Source: an uncultured Gammaproteobacteria bacterium (GTDB taxonomy: Bacteria > Patescibacteriota > Microgenomatia > CAZETR01 > Amesbacteraceae). Taken from it: DNA of 64,000 nt. Where the stretch lies: assembly GCA_964518565.1 (NCBI GenBank), contig CAZFGX010000001.1, forward strand, positions 905,553-969,552, read 5' to 3'. Positions within the stretch are counted from its first letter, which is position 1. Each line of letters starts with the position of its first letter. Position numbers and translations under genes: made by a program. Positions 1 to 13,015 of this stretch are shown piece by piece. The notes beneath the pieces were generated by a model, which made no database searches, was not told the origin of the DNA, and was given only the letters and a program-made list of their open reading frames with translations.

Positions 1-214
1 ACAAATCCGCAAAATACACCACCGTCAGCACCGCGATAAATCCGACCAAAAATCCATGCCAATTCCACAATCCAGCCAAAATACACAATCCCAATATCGC
101 TGCCATGACAATCAGCTGCTTCTTTTCTGACCGTCGAAAAGCGCTCTCTAAATGGGGCAAATCCGTGTGAGTGACATAAGTTACACCTTCACGGTCGGTA
201 AACGGCAGGACCAT
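1..214 (-). CDS. N-terminus of a membrane protein, probably a GT2 glycosyltransferase (runs off the window)
   Basis: Read by hand: TAGAAT-6nt-ATG(214), MVLPFTDREGVTYVTHTDLPHLESAFRRSEKKQLIVMAAILGLCIL..., two TM segments, open to the window edge. Confidence 0.55.
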   Translation of the reverse strand, partial: MVLPFTDREGVTYVTHTDLPHLESAFRRSEKKQLIVMAAILGLCILAGLWNWHGFLVGFIAVLTVVYFADL

Positions 215-297
215 CCGAAAATTCTACCAGTCAATACAAGCGATAGCCACCAAAAATTCATTTAAATAAAGTAAGAATCGAATAAGAAAATCTTCTA

Positions 298-1968
298 CTA
301 GCCAAAGGTAAAAGCAAATGCCCCAATCCCAGATGAAAATTCCAATCTCAACCGATGTTGACCAGATTTTTCCAATTTCACCAAATCATACAGTCGGTCA
401 GTATCCACTACTATATCTTGCAACTTTTCTCCATCCAACCACACATGCACCGTACCTATTCCAGCGGTCGGTGGTCGCATGACCAAAAACACTCGACTCG
501 CTACAAATTCATACTCCAACACCGCAGCCTGCCCACTAATTGCCGCTTCCGGGGTAATATTCCACTGTCCATCCAAACTAAAATGATTTACCTTCACTTT
601 CGGATTCAAACGAAATTGTTGCACTCCATCATCTGCCTTGCCCACCCCATCCAAATACAACATCCGTCTCGACCCCAAATATGTTTCTGGCGACAAAGCT
701 ACACGAGGCGTGTCGTCACTCATGCTACCCGATTTCAACCCATCCACCGTTTGCCCATTTTCTATCAGCAATGCCCGAATCGCGTCTTCAGTCTTATCAT
801 ATTCTCCTTCACCAAAATGGGTATAGCGAATTACCCCCTTGGCATCAATCAAATATTTTGCCGGCCAATATAAATTTTGATAAGCATTCCAGGTCGCATA
901 ATTATTATCCTGTGCCACTGGGTACAAGATGCCAAATTGTTGTATTGCTCGCTGCACATTTGCTGTCTCTTTTTCAAACGCAAACTCTGGTGTATGCACC
1001 CCCACTACTACAAATCCTTTATCTTTATATGTGTTATACCAGCTGGTCACATGTGGAAGCGTCCGAATACAATTGATACAGGTATATGTCCAAAAATCTA
1101 TCAATACCACCTTACCCCGCAACTCTGCCATGGTCAGCGGTTGTGTATTCAGCCACCGTTCAATGCCCACAAACTCCGGCGCCAGAGTCTTGCCCACTGG
1201 CAACGCCGTCTTACCAGTCAGCTCTCTCAATTCGTTTTGCACCGTAGTACTTTTTTCAAACCCACTCGTCACAACCGCCAAGCCTGGCAACCGTTCAAGA
1301 ATTTTTGCCTGCAATAACACATCGTAATGAAAATAAATTCCTACAGCCACGACTAGCATCACCACACCAAACACCTGCTGGATCTTACCCGTAAATCGGT
1401 TTATCAATTTTGTTCTTGCCAAAAACGCCTGCCCACCATACGAAAATGCAAACAACGGGACTCCTACACCAGCCACATATGCAATCGTCACGGCAATAGC
1501 TTGCACCCCCACTCCACCAGTTGCTGCCAAAGTAGCAATTGCTGCCAATATAGGCCCAGCACATGGGGACCACACTCCACCCAGCGACACTCCAGTCAAA
1601 AATCCTGGCCAAAATCCAGCCTGTTTTTCGTTTCCAGCTTTTCCAAACACATTAGCCAACTTTCCTACCAACAGCTCAAACCCTACTGCCAATCGTGGCA
1701 CGATCATCATCACTGCCAAAATCACCAATACCCCCACCGACACCAATCGCAATACTACCGGATCAATACCAAAAACCCTCACCAAAGCCGAAACAGTCAA
1801 CGTAAACACAGTAAAGCTACTCATCACCCCAAGAGTAATTCCTACAGATCGCACTCTTCCTCCACCTCCTGCCACACTAGCCGACAATACGATTGGCAAA
1901 ATTGGCCAAATACATGGTGCCAAAATTGTCACTAGTCCTGATAAAAATGCAAAAAATAATAACAACAT
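298..1968 (-). CDS. dipZ: DipZ-like protein (CcdA/DsbD TM domain + thioredoxin/redoxin domain)
   Basis: APCIWP and WSPCAGP Cys-Pro motifs in the TM domain; VVLIDFWTYTCINC CxxC; HTPEFAFE. Confidence 0.88.
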   Translation of the reverse strand: MLLLFFAFLSGLVTILAPCIWPILPIVLSASVAGGGGRVRSVGITLGVMSSFTVFTLTVSALVRVFGIDPVVLRLVSVGVLVILAVMMIVPRLAVGFELLVGKLANVFGKAGNEKQAGFWPGFLTGVSLGGVWSPCAGPILAAIATLAATGGVGVQAIAVTIAYVAGVGVPLFAFSYGGQAFLARTKLINRFTGKIQQVFGVVMLVVAVGIYFHYDVLLQAKILERLPGLAVVTSGFEKSTTVQNELRELTGKTALPVGKTLAPEFVGIERWLNTQPLTMAELRGKVVLIDFWTYTCINCIRTLPHVTSWYNTYKDKGFVVVGVHTPEFAFEKETANVQRAIQQFGILYPVAQDNNYATWNAYQNLYWPAKYLIDAKGVIRYTHFGEGEYDKTEDAIRALLIENGQTVDGLKSGSMSDDTPRVALSPETYLGSRRMLYLDGVGKADDGVQQFRLNPKVKVNHFSLDGQWNITPEAAISGQAAVLEYEFVASRVFLVMRPPTAGIGTVHVWLDGEKLQDIVVDTDRLYDLVKLEKSGQHRLRLEFSSGIGAFAFTFG

Positions 1969-1979
1969 ATATTTTCCAC

Positions 1980-2011
1980 CTCGCCCCTGTGCATCTTTGA
2001 CAGAGGCGAGA
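1980..2011. terminator. intergenic stem-loop between fasciclin gene and dipZ
   Basis: TCGCCCCTGT...ACAGAGGCGA inverted repeat; no U-tract. Confidence 0.4.
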
Positions 2012-2024
2012 GAGTAAATTTTGC

Positions 2025-2633
2025 CTACTTCGGCATCAACACACTATCAATTACATGAGTGACTCCATTGCTAGAGATCACGTCAGCAATATCAATCATA
2101 GCTGATCCATTAATCCACCATTGACCTTTCTTCATAGTAAAAGTCAGCATCTGTCCATTCACAGTTTTCAGAGTCATTCCTTCTTTGATATCTGTAGAAC
2201 GATAGACTCCTGGCACTACGTGATAGGTCAATATACCAGTCAACTTCATTTTGTTTTCTGGCTTGAGCAGTGTTTCCACAGTGCCTGTTGGCAATTTAGC
2301 AAACGCCTCATTGGTTGGTGCAAAGACTGTAAAGGGTCCTTTACCTTTCAAGGTCTCTACCAGCCCAGCCGCTTTTACCGCAGCTACGACAGTGGTGTGA
2401 TCTTTTGAATTCATCGCATTATCGATGATGTCTTTATCTGCAGTCATCAATGCTCCTCCCACCATCACTCCCTCTTTTTGCATCATTTCTGTTGGCTCCA
2501 AGGTTTGCACAGTGTCATAGTCGGATGGATTCATTGCTCTATCTCCTTCTTTACTCGCTTTCATTACTGCAAATACACCAACAAACAACAAAACTAATAC
2601 AATCAAGATCAACATCAAATTTTTGTTATTCAT
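2025..2633 (-). CDS. secreted fasciclin (FAS1) domain protein
   Basis: N-terminal TM/signal; GPFTVFAPTNEAF and NGVTHVIDSVL FAS1 motifs; SD GGAGGTGA. Confidence 0.92.
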   Translation of the reverse strand: MNNKNLMLILIVLVLLFVGVFAVMKASKEGDRAMNPSDYDTVQTLEPTEMMQKEGVMVGGALMTADKDIIDNAMNSKDHTTVVAAVKAAGLVETLKGKGPFTVFAPTNEAFAKLPTGTVETLLKPENKMKLTGILTYHVVPGVYRSTDIKEGMTLKTVNGQMLTFTMKKGQWWINGSAMIDIADVISSNGVTHVIDSVLMPK

Positions 2634-2665
2634 CGTTACTCACCTCCTCCCCAACTCTTTCTATT

Positions 2666-6137
<3,472 letters not shown>

Positions 6138-6141
<4 letters not shown>

Positions 6142-6446
6142 CGTTTACGCATCAAATTACTCGCTTCTCGTGGCCATTCACTTGTCTCTACCTTTTTTAT
6201 TCCGTTCTCTTCCATAATCTCATCTAGTCTTGTGGTATTCGTAGCTGCCAATTGTTTATAACTATAAATTCCAGCTTCAAACAATGCTTCTTCTACTTTT
6301 TTTGTTATCCCAAAAATTTGCTTCAGATCATCTGGCTCTGACGCAGTCGCAACCACTTCTTGTTTACCCACGCCTCGCCACAAATATCCCAACACAAAAG
6401 ATCCTGCCAACATCACAAATATTTCGATCAAATGTTTATTGAACAT
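6138..6446 (-). CDS. membrane-anchored helix-hairpin-helix protein
   Basis: TM helix followed by DDLKQIFGITKKVEEALFEAGIYSYKQLA. Confidence 0.7.
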
Positions 6447-6912
6447 ACACTTCTACTCGACGAGATTTAGCTTTTTCTTCTTCACTCGCAGTGGCTGATT
6501 GGCCTTCTATTCCTTTGGCTTCTACCATAATTTTTTCCGTCTCGACCCCCATCCCTACTAGTTTTTGCTTAATCACATTTGCTCGAGCCAAAGACATTTG
6601 TTGATACCCAGCAGTTCGCCCCAGGTTTGCACTATACCCAACCAGTCGTACCTTTTTATCGGAATTTTCTTTTACAAAACCGGCCACATCTTTTAAATAT
6701 TGGTCTACTTCAGCACCAGCTGTGTAGTTCACACTACTAGGCAAAAAATAAATTGCATGTGCATTACTAAATTTATTTTCCGCCTCTGTCACCACCTCTA
6801 CTTCAGAGCCAGTGGGCTGCTGGCATTGGCCCTTAATTTTACAAATATACCAATAAGCAGAAAATCCCATCCAGATAATAATTGCGGTCAACACCAAATT
6901 TCGTTTTGTCAT
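6436..6912 (-). CDS. OmpA-like peptidoglycan-binding domain protein
   Basis: TM anchor; VRLVGYS, SLARANVIKQKL, SRRVEV. Confidence 0.8.
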   Translation of the reverse strand: MTKRNLVLTAIIIWMGFSAYWYICKIKGQCQQPTGSEVEVVTEAENKFSNAHAIYFLPSSVNYTAGAEVDQYLKDVAGFVKENSDKKVRLVGYSANLGRTAGYQQMSLARANVIKQKLVGMGVETEKIMVEAKGIEGQSATASEEEKAKSRRVEVYVQ

Positions 6913-6967
6913 GCTTTAAATATTTAAACTATTTGCTGTAAATAATCAAGAGCCTATATAGTAGTAG

Positions 6968-7330
6968 ATGACTATGCCAAGCCGTTTTTATCAAAACACT
7001 GTCTGGACCAATCATGCTCTCCAGCGTCTCAGCGATCGTCGCTTGTCCCAGGACATGGCCTGGAAAGCTTTCCAATATCCAGACGAGGTCTTCCAAAAAT
7101 CCGATGGCTCAGCTCAATACAAACGTCGCTATGGTATTCACACTGTTTCAGTTATCGCCAAAAAAAATGACGCCCAAGAATGGGTCATCCTCTCTTGTTG
7201 GATGGACCCACCAGCCAAAGGCACCAAAGACGATTTCAAACGCCAACGCTACTATCGCTACAAAAATGCCGATCTCTGGACCAAGATTCGCATGCAAATC
7301 AATCGCTTATTGTTTGGTTTAGATTTCTAA
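6968..7330 (+). CDS. DUF4258-like protein
   Basis: WTNHALQRLSDR...YPD...WVILSCW; TATAGT directly upstream of ATG. Confidence 0.65.
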   Translation: MTMPSRFYQNTVWTNHALQRLSDRRLSQDMAWKAFQYPDEVFQKSDGSAQYKRRYGIHTVSVIAKKNDAQEWVILSCWMDPPAKGTKDDFKRQRYYRYKNADLWTKIRMQINRLLFGLDF

Positions 7331-7629
7331 TACACACTACAAATCAAGTTTTTCTCTCGAATCGTTGAATAGTCCAACAGCTGTTTTACACCCAATAAAA
7401 AATCCGGGTCATATGATGTGACATACTCTTTCCCTCGCCGCGGATGATCGTAACGCAATCGGGCGGAACTCAACGATAGCAAAAAGTCCTGCCACCATTC
7501 GGTCTCTCCATGCACATATACATCCGGCTCATCGCTCAAAATATGTACCATTCTTCCATAGACCAGCAGCCCACCCATATAAAAATCTTGTACGTCCAAA
7601 GTCTTGTTCATGTGTTCAGCGCGAATCAT
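7327..7629 (-). CDS. hypothetical protein
   Basis: ORF fills the gap; TATAAT 8 nt upstream of ATG. Confidence 0.55.
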   Translation of the reverse strand: MIRAEHMNKTLDVQDFYMGGLLVYGRMVHILSDEPDVYVHGETEWWQDFLLSLSSARLRYDHPRRGKEYVTSYDPDFLLGVKQLLDYSTIREKNLICSVY

Positions 7630-7645
7630 GGCGCCGATTATACAC

Positions 7646-8815
7646 CTACGATACGAAGGTCAATGCCTTACCCGTGGCCGATCCTCGACCTGTCCGCCCA
7701 ATTCGATGAACATAATCATCATACGTCGCTGGTTCATCAAAATTGATCACATGTGACACCCCATCAATATCCAATCCTCGAGCCGCCACATCTGTCGCGA
7801 CCAAAATGTTCAGAGCATTGTCTTTAAATTGACGTAACACTTTTAGTCGTTGATTTTGAGATTTATTTCCATGAATCGATCCCGCCAAAAATCCATTTTT
7901 TTGTAACGCAATCGCCAGCTTTTCTACTCCCCACTTGGTTCTACCAAAAATAATCACTTTTCGAAATTCATCCTGGACTAACAACTCTCTCAATTTTTCC
8001 AATTTTTCATCCAAATCTCGCACACGAATCACATCCTGATGCACCTGTGACGAAGTCTCCCTCACTTTTACCGACACTTGCACAGGATCTTTGGCAAATG
8101 TCCGAATCAATTGGTCAATATCTTTAGACAGTGTTGCCGAAAAAAACAGCGATTGTCGCTCACTTGGCAACAACCCCAAAATAAATCGGATGTCATGAAT
8201 AAAGCCAATATCCAGCATTCTATCTACTTCATCCAACACCACAGTTTTATAAGCTTGCAAATTGACTGCCTTTCGCCCAATCAAATCCTTCAGCCGTCCT
8301 GGGGTACAAATCAGCACATGCGGTTGGCGTTGTAGCTCCCAAATTTGCTTATTCATACTTCCACCACCAATACAAAGTACTGAATAAATCCCCATTCCAG
8401 TAGTAAATCCTCGCAACTCATCTTGGATTTGGCTAGCCAACTCTCGTGTTGGCGCCATCACCAACAATCGTTCCTGTCGGTTTTGCAACATTTTATGAAT
8501 ACTTGGCAACAAAAACGCCGCTGTTTTCCCTGTGCCAGTATTAGCGATTCCCACTACATCACGACCAGCCAAAATAGGTTTCATTGCCTGATCTTGAATT
8601 GGAGTTGGATAGGTATAACCCTTTTTCCCAATCAAGCTCAACAGTCTTGGATCAAAACCAAAATCCGAAAACGTGTGGGTTGCCTCATATGCTACTTGTT
8701 CCACTTCTTGAACTTGGGTATTCACATATGCTCGAGGGTCTACACTACTACCACCAAAATTCCGCCGTGGTCGCGGCGAATTAAATCTTCGTGATGCTCG
8801 ATATGGTCGGTACAT
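7646..8815 (-). CDS. DEAD-box RNA helicase (RhlE-like, DEVD variant)
   Basis: Q motif, ANTGTGKT, PTRELA, TPGRL, DEVD, SAT, ARGLD, HRIGRTGR. Confidence 0.95.
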   Translation of the reverse strand: MYRPYRASRRFNSPRPRRNFGGSSVDPRAYVNTQVQEVEQVAYEATHTFSDFGFDPRLLSLIGKKGYTYPTPIQDQAMKPILAGRDVVGIANTGTGKTAAFLLPSIHKMLQNRQERLLVMAPTRELASQIQDELRGFTTGMGIYSVLCIGGGSMNKQIWELQRQPHVLICTPGRLKDLIGRKAVNLQAYKTVVLDEVDRMLDIGFIHDIRFILGLLPSERQSLFFSATLSKDIDQLIRTFAKDPVQVSVKVRETSSQVHQDVIRVRDLDEKLEKLRELLVQDEFRKVIIFGRTKWGVEKLAIALQKNGFLAGSIHGNKSQNQRLKVLRQFKDNALNILVATDVAARGLDIDGVSHVINFDEPATYDDYVHRIGRTGRGSATGKALTFVS

Positions 8816-8847
8816 AGAAATACAAAAAAATAACGTAAATTTCGATT

Positions 8848-8858
8848 ATTTAAAGAGC
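8848..8858 (-). promoter_or_regulatory. boxA-like element after a leader hairpin (helicase leader)
   Basis: GCTCTTTAAAT, near the E. coli boxA GCTCTTTAACA; overlaps the base of hairpin GCCTTGCAT...TGATGCGAAGGC. Confidence 0.55.
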
Positions 8859-8965
8859 CTTCGCATCAAAAACAAAAAACGAATACTGATATGCAAGGCA
8901 AATCGGAGCCGGAAATGAAGTAAAAAAATCTAAATTCTAATCTCTCAATTCAAACTCTACTACCC

Positions 8966-9005
8966 ATTATATACCCCAACTGATCAAATGTCAAAGCACT
9001 ATAGG
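8966..9005 (-). promoter_or_regulatory. consensus sigma70 promoter with CCTATAGT box
   Basis: CCTATAGT-gct-TTGACA-17nt-TATAAT. Confidence 0.8.
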
Positions 9006-9044
9006 ATATATACACCTATTGAGCTTGGTGGTATCATCGTTCGT

Positions 9045-9449
9045 ATGAAAGGGTTTCGTGATTTTATCCTCCGTGGCAATGTCGTCGATCTGGCCGTAGC
9101 CGTGGTCATCGGTGCCGCCTTCAACAATGTCGTCAATGCACTCGTCAAAGACCTGATTACTCCCCTAATTGGTGCCATTGGTGGCCAACCAGATTTTTCC
9201 AATTTTATGGTCACTATAAACGGCGCAGATTTTGCTATTGGCACCTTTATCAACGCCGTCATTTCCTTCCTGATCATTGCCGCTGTCGTCTATTTCCTAG
9301 TCGTCATGCCAATGTCCAAGTTAATGGCTACCTTAAAAAAATCTGAGCCCACAGCTGCTCCTACTGAAAAAATTTGCCCCGAATGTCTCAGTGCAGTACC
9401 TCTAGCTGCCAAACGCTGCAAATTCTGCACCTCTCCTCTAAAAAAATAG
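9045..9449 (+). CDS. mscL: large-conductance mechanosensitive channel with C-terminal Zn ribbon
   Basis: FRDFILRGNVVDLAVAVVIGAAF; C-terminal CPEC...CKFC; start moved to ATG 9045. Confidence 0.93.
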   Translation: MKGFRDFILRGNVVDLAVAVVIGAAFNNVVNALVKDLITPLIGAIGGQPDFSNFMVTINGADFAIGTFINAVISFLIIAAVVYFLVVMPMSKLMATLKKSEPTAAPTEKICPECLSAVPLAAKRCKFCTSPLKK

Positions 9450-9475
9450 CGCCCTCAGATTGCTCCTCAGGCGCC
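9440..9475 (-). terminator. intrinsic terminator with GNRA (GCAA) loop
   Basis: GCGCCTGAGGA-GCAA-TCTGAGGGCGC followed by a T-rich tail. Confidence 0.65.
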
Positions 9476-9481
9476 AACTGA

Positions 9482-9913
9482 CTATTTCCACAAAGCCAAC
9501 GCTATAGTAAATACTGTCAAACTTACATATATCGTTACGACAAGTGACAAATCGATAGAAAAACGAATAGTAATCAACTCATCTGGATCCATCTTTACCA
9601 CTCCTTGGCGCAATTTCTTCATCAACGTTTTGATTTCAGAAAATCCAGACAAAATAGGCGTCTTAAAAGAAAGGATCTTTTTGATTTGTCTAAAAACCCC
9701 TTCAAATGGTTCTCGTACATCGCCAGAGATCTGAGGATACCACTGCTGAAGCAGACGTATGAATAACCACAATAGACACACTAACAATCCGACCAATCCA
9801 TACGGCTGGCCAACTAAAACTAGAAAAACACAAAAAACAAATGAGCACCATGCCAGGCTATCGACCAACCACTGTGCAAACGTATACTTCTGCCTATCTG
9901 AACCATTGTCCAT
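9482..9913 (-). CDS. orphan membrane protein (cassette 0)
   Basis: GGAGG-7nt-ATG(9913); three hydrophobic segments. Confidence 0.6.
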   Translation of the reverse strand: MDNGSDRQKYTFAQWLVDSLAWCSFVFCVFLVLVGQPYGLVGLLVCLLWLFIRLLQQWYPQISGDVREPFEGVFRQIKKILSFKTPILSGFSEIKTLMKKLRQGVVKMDPDELITIRFSIDLSLVVTIYVSLTVFTIALALWK

Positions 9914-9930
9914 GTCTATACCTCCAAATA

Positions 9931-9942
9931 TTCTCAAAGTAC
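9931..9942 (-). promoter_or_regulatory. boxA-like element after a leader hairpin
   Basis: AACAAAT..TGTTTTAT-GAG-ATAAAACA..GTTTGTT, then GTACTTTGAGAA. Confidence 0.5.
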
Positions 9943-10079
9943 AACAAACTATGTTTTATCTCATAAAACAGCCATTTGTTTTTGAGTAAAACAGGTAAAT
10001 TATAACAAAACTTCTTTTTATCAAAATCTTACAAATTTTTTATACTCTTCTTATCTCACGGTTTTTTAATCAAAATTGT

Positions 10080-10622
10080 ATGAAAGCATATCGAACCGGA
10101 AAAATTCATTCCGAAAATTTCACTATCCCAATCAAATTGTATCCAGTTGTTAAAAAGCCGCCCAAGCTGGCCAAATTAATCGACAAAAAAATACACCCCT
10201 CTATAGGTCTGGACTACTTCTCCAAAAAAATTCTCACCTATCAACCCACAACCACATACACCAACAAATCCGTGTTTCCTATTCTCCAATTTTGCAATCT
10301 CAATCAAGTCGATTGGCGTTTATTAAACAAATCCTACTACGCCATACCCTGCAAAAAAACCGACGGCTGGTACGAAGCCCTTACCCATGTCTTATTTTAT
10401 ACAAAAAAGGCTGCTGTTATTGGATTTCCCACTCGAGCCTCAAATATATCTTCGGCTATTTTGATGAGCAATTCAGACTACTTACTTCTATTTCAACTCC
10501 ACAACTTCAACCAACTATCTCCTATTCCCCAATATTCCACTCCTATCTCAGATCCTCAAAAAAATCAGCTCCTACTAAAACAAGTGAATCAACAAACCAA
10601 ATGCTTTCCCTCACTAGATTAA
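10080..10622 (+). CDS. divergent, shortened Ku (NHEJ DNA end-binding) homologue
   Basis: MKAYRTGKIHSENFTIPIKLY resembles the Ku start MRAIWxGxISFGLVxIPVKLY; ILQFCNLNQVDWRLLNKSYYAIP...YEALTHVLFYTKKAAVIGF resembles the Ku core. Confidence 0.6.
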   Translation: MKAYRTGKIHSENFTIPIKLYPVVKKPPKLAKLIDKKIHPSIGLDYFSKKILTYQPTTTYTNKSVFPILQFCNLNQVDWRLLNKSYYAIPCKKTDGWYEALTHVLFYTKKAAVIGFPTRASNISSAILMSNSDYLLLFQLHNFNQLSPIPQYSTPISDPQKNQLLLKQVNQQTKCFPSLD

Positions 10623-10642
10623 TCTCAAACCGACTCGAAAAA

Positions 10643-10855
10643 TTATTGACCTGAATTTGGAGTATTAATATTTACATCCACCTTATCAGGCACTGAAATC
10701 TGAGGTGGTGTTGTAGCTCGTCGCAACATCGGCAAACCGTATACAAAGAACAAAAATCCCATGACCAAAACGATCAATAAAGCAACAATAGTCCCGACAC
10801 TATTGTCAGATCCTCCTGAGTTGTTTGCTGGTGGGGTGTTTACAATTGTTGTCAT
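10643..10855 (-). CDS. small single-TM protein
   Basis: 70 aa, central TM helix, C-terminal ISVPDKVDVNI. Confidence 0.65.
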   Translation of the reverse strand: MTTIVNTPPANNSGGSDNSVGTIVALLIVLVMGFLFFVYGLPMLRRATTPPQISVPDKVDVNINTPNSGQ

Positions 10856-10928
10856 AAAAATTATCTATCTGTAGATTAAAACAACCACATAAAATACTCA
10901 TCAGAAAAATGTAAGGAAATTGTAAGTT

Positions 10929-11480
10929 TTACTTCTTTGTCGGCTTTGTCACCAACCACAAACCTATTCCACTTCCCACTATCGTTGCCAACCATGTACC
11001 TATCACCAGTCGCGTTACCATATCAATTCTCTTTTCCACCTCGCGCAAAGATCTGCCTACAGTCACATAACCTTTTTTCGCCCCATCAAACCACACAGTT
11101 ACGGTAGCCAATCTGAGGCCTGGCTTCGGTGCCCAAGTCACTCGATTTTGCCCATGGGCTTTGGCATACTCCAATACTCCACTCGGCAGTACTGGTGTTT
11201 TCCCATCAATCTGTGTCGTACTTCCCTGGACCACCCCCTGATCATCAAATACCAAAATAAACGGCGACAAACTTACACTCGGATCTACTGTTCCATCCAA
11301 AAACCATCCTGTCGAATATTTGCCCTCAAAACCTATCCATCGTGCCAAATCCTCGGCCATCTGCACCGGCACTTCGTTTGCTTCCTGTCGAATATTTTGC
11401 TGCATTGCTACAAAAACGGATCCCAAGATTCCCGAACTCACCAAAATGACCAATACCCATATTTTCATCCGCCAACTCAT
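10929..11480 (-). CDS. two-TM protein with an extracytoplasmic sensor-like domain
   Basis: TM-domain-TM layout; no kinase domain. Confidence 0.65.
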   Translation of the reverse strand: MSWRMKIWVLVILVSSGILGSVFVAMQQNIRQEANEVPVQMAEDLARWIGFEGKYSTGWFLDGTVDPSVSLSPFILVFDDQGVVQGSTTQIDGKTPVLPSGVLEYAKAHGQNRVTWAPKPGLRLATVTVWFDGAKKGYVTVGRSLREVEKRIDMVTRLVIGTWLATIVGSGIGLWLVTKPTKK

Positions 11481-11506
11481 ACTCTATATAGAGAGTATAC
11501 ACAACT

Positions 11507-12037
11507 CTACGCGTTTGGATCTGGCGGCAAAAATTCTTCCCCACCCGAATTATCAAATGACTGTTCAGCCTTCAACCATTCTATATAGTCACACCCTGTG
11601 GCCTTCTTTGTCTCACGATCCCAGCCAGACGTACTACATTTTTTCATCTTTTTTCCAGCTGCCGTAGTAAACAACACTAATTTTTCTCCACATTTTGGAC
11701 ATACTTCATCTAGCTGTTCCGTTGTTCCATTTATCCATTCCACATAATCACACCCCGTAGCTTTCTTTGCCGCACTATCCCATCCTCCAGTACTACATTT
11801 TTTCATCTTTTTACCAAATCGTGTCACTTGGAGTACCAAAGGATTTCCACATTTCGGACAATTCTCATCCAGCACTTTTGGCTCCACCGCCAACCATTTT
11901 ACATAGTCACACCCTTCATTTTTTTTTGTTTCTTTATTCCAACTACCATTACTACACCGTTGCAATTTTCGCCCTGTCGGCGTTTCAGTTACATCACCCA
12001 GTGGTGAACCACATTTTGGACAAAGCTCTGCATCCAT
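11507..12037 (-). CDS. stand-alone topoisomerase IA-type C4 zinc-ribbon repeat protein
   Basis: Three repeats of CPKCG...GKKMKKCS..GWD..TKK..GCDY(V/I)(E/K)W. Confidence 0.8.
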   Translation of the reverse strand: MDAELCPKCGSPLGDVTETPTGRKLQRCSNGSWNKETKKNEGCDYVKWLAVEPKVLDENCPKCGNPLVLQVTRFGKKMKKCSTGGWDSAAKKATGCDYVEWINGTTEQLDEVCPKCGEKLVLFTTAAGKKMKKCSTSGWDRETKKATGCDYIEWLKAEQSFDNSGGEEFLPPDPNA

Positions 12038-12061
12038 GGTGGAAAGCATATCACACACCCA

Positions 12062-12472
12062 TTACCACGTCACCTGTTTTTTCATCCATTCTACAAATGT
12101 CTCCGGACAAGCCATAGTCGACAGCCTTCCTTGCTTCACCAGAGCAAAATCTGCAAACTGTTTTTCTCCTTTTACCTGAGCTAGACTCACTTGTTCACCT
12201 TCTGCAAACTTCTTCTCAAACCCTATTTTGGCTACCCAACTCGGCCTACTGTCTGCTGTATTTTCATAAGGCTCCCCTAGCACCTTGGCTATTCCTACAA
12301 TTCGTTTTTGTTCGCCCGAATGGTAAATAAATATGCGGTCTCCTGTTTTCCAAGACCGAATCACCGCTATCGCAGTATAGTTGTGTACCCCATCCCACAC
12401 CGTCTCTCCATCCCGCTCCAGATCTTCTATGGAATAAGTGCCCGGTTCAGTCTTGGCCAAAAAATAATTCAT
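12062..12472 (-). CDS. EVE domain protein
   Basis: MNYFLAKTEPGTYSIEDL, WDGVHNY, FIYHSG, QGRLST. Confidence 0.9.
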   Translation of the reverse strand: MNYFLAKTEPGTYSIEDLERDGETVWDGVHNYTAIAVIRSWKTGDRIFIYHSGEQKRIVGIAKVLGEPYENTADSRPSWVAKIGFEKKFAEGEQVSLAQVKGEKQFADFALVKQGRLSTMACPETFVEWMKKQVTW

Positions 12473-12487
12473 AGCCCTAATTGTAAT

Positions 12488-12552
12488 ATATCCACAAACA
12501 TCCACAACATGTGCACAACTGCCACGACATTGCGTGGATAACATGTGGATGA
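12488..12552. repeat. phased array of DnaA-box-like 9-mers
   Basis: ATATCCACA, ACATCCACA, ATGTGCACA, ACTGCCACG at ~10-bp spacing, then inverted CGTGGATAA and TGTGGATGA. Confidence 0.55.
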
Positions 12553-12566
12553 TATCGTGTAGAAAT

Positions 12567-12977
12567 ATGGCATATATCAAAGTCCACATTGTCCCAAACC
12601 AAGAAATTTCTCTTGAAGGTGATGATCTCACAATCGAGCGTGTATTAGATAAATATTTCCCCCCCGCGCCAGTCGTCACGCAACCCACCACCAACTCTTC
12701 GCTCCACGACCTAGTTTACAAATCTTTACCCAAATCAGAAGCCGAATGGCTCATAATTTACGCATATTATCTAGATAAATCAGAATTTACTCGCCAAGAT
12801 ATTATTACGTCGTACAAATCCACGCAAAGATACACGCACAATCACAGTAAAAACCTAAGTTTCAATATAAAAACTTGTATCAAAAATTCTTGGATTCGTG
12901 CCATTTCAGCCTCCACATTTGCCCTTACCCCTACTGGCCAAAACCATATCCAGACTATTTTGTCTCGAAATGCATAA
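12567..12977 (+). CDS. hypothetical protein, possible C-terminal winged helix
   Basis: WLIIYAYY..FTRQDI..NLSFNIKTCIKNSWI..FALTPTG pattern. Confidence 0.55.
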   Translation: MAYIKVHIVPNQEISLEGDDLTIERVLDKYFPPAPVVTQPTTNSSLHDLVYKSLPKSEAEWLIIYAYYLDKSEFTRQDIITSYKSTQRYTHNHSKNLSFNIKTCIKNSWIRAISASTFALTPTGQNHIQTILSRNA

Positions 12978-13010
12978 AAAAAGGGCGGATAGCTTTACAG
13001 CCACCCGCCC
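12976..13010 (-). terminator. intrinsic terminator with GNRA (GTAA) loop, cassette 1
   Basis: GGGCGGGTGGCT-GTAA-AGCTATCCGCCC-T7. Confidence 0.85.
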
Positions 13011-13015
13011 AACGA

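Noticed and set aside
12488-12552. Replication origin
   Set aside because: No skew switch, no dnaA/dnaN nearby and no clear unwinding element.
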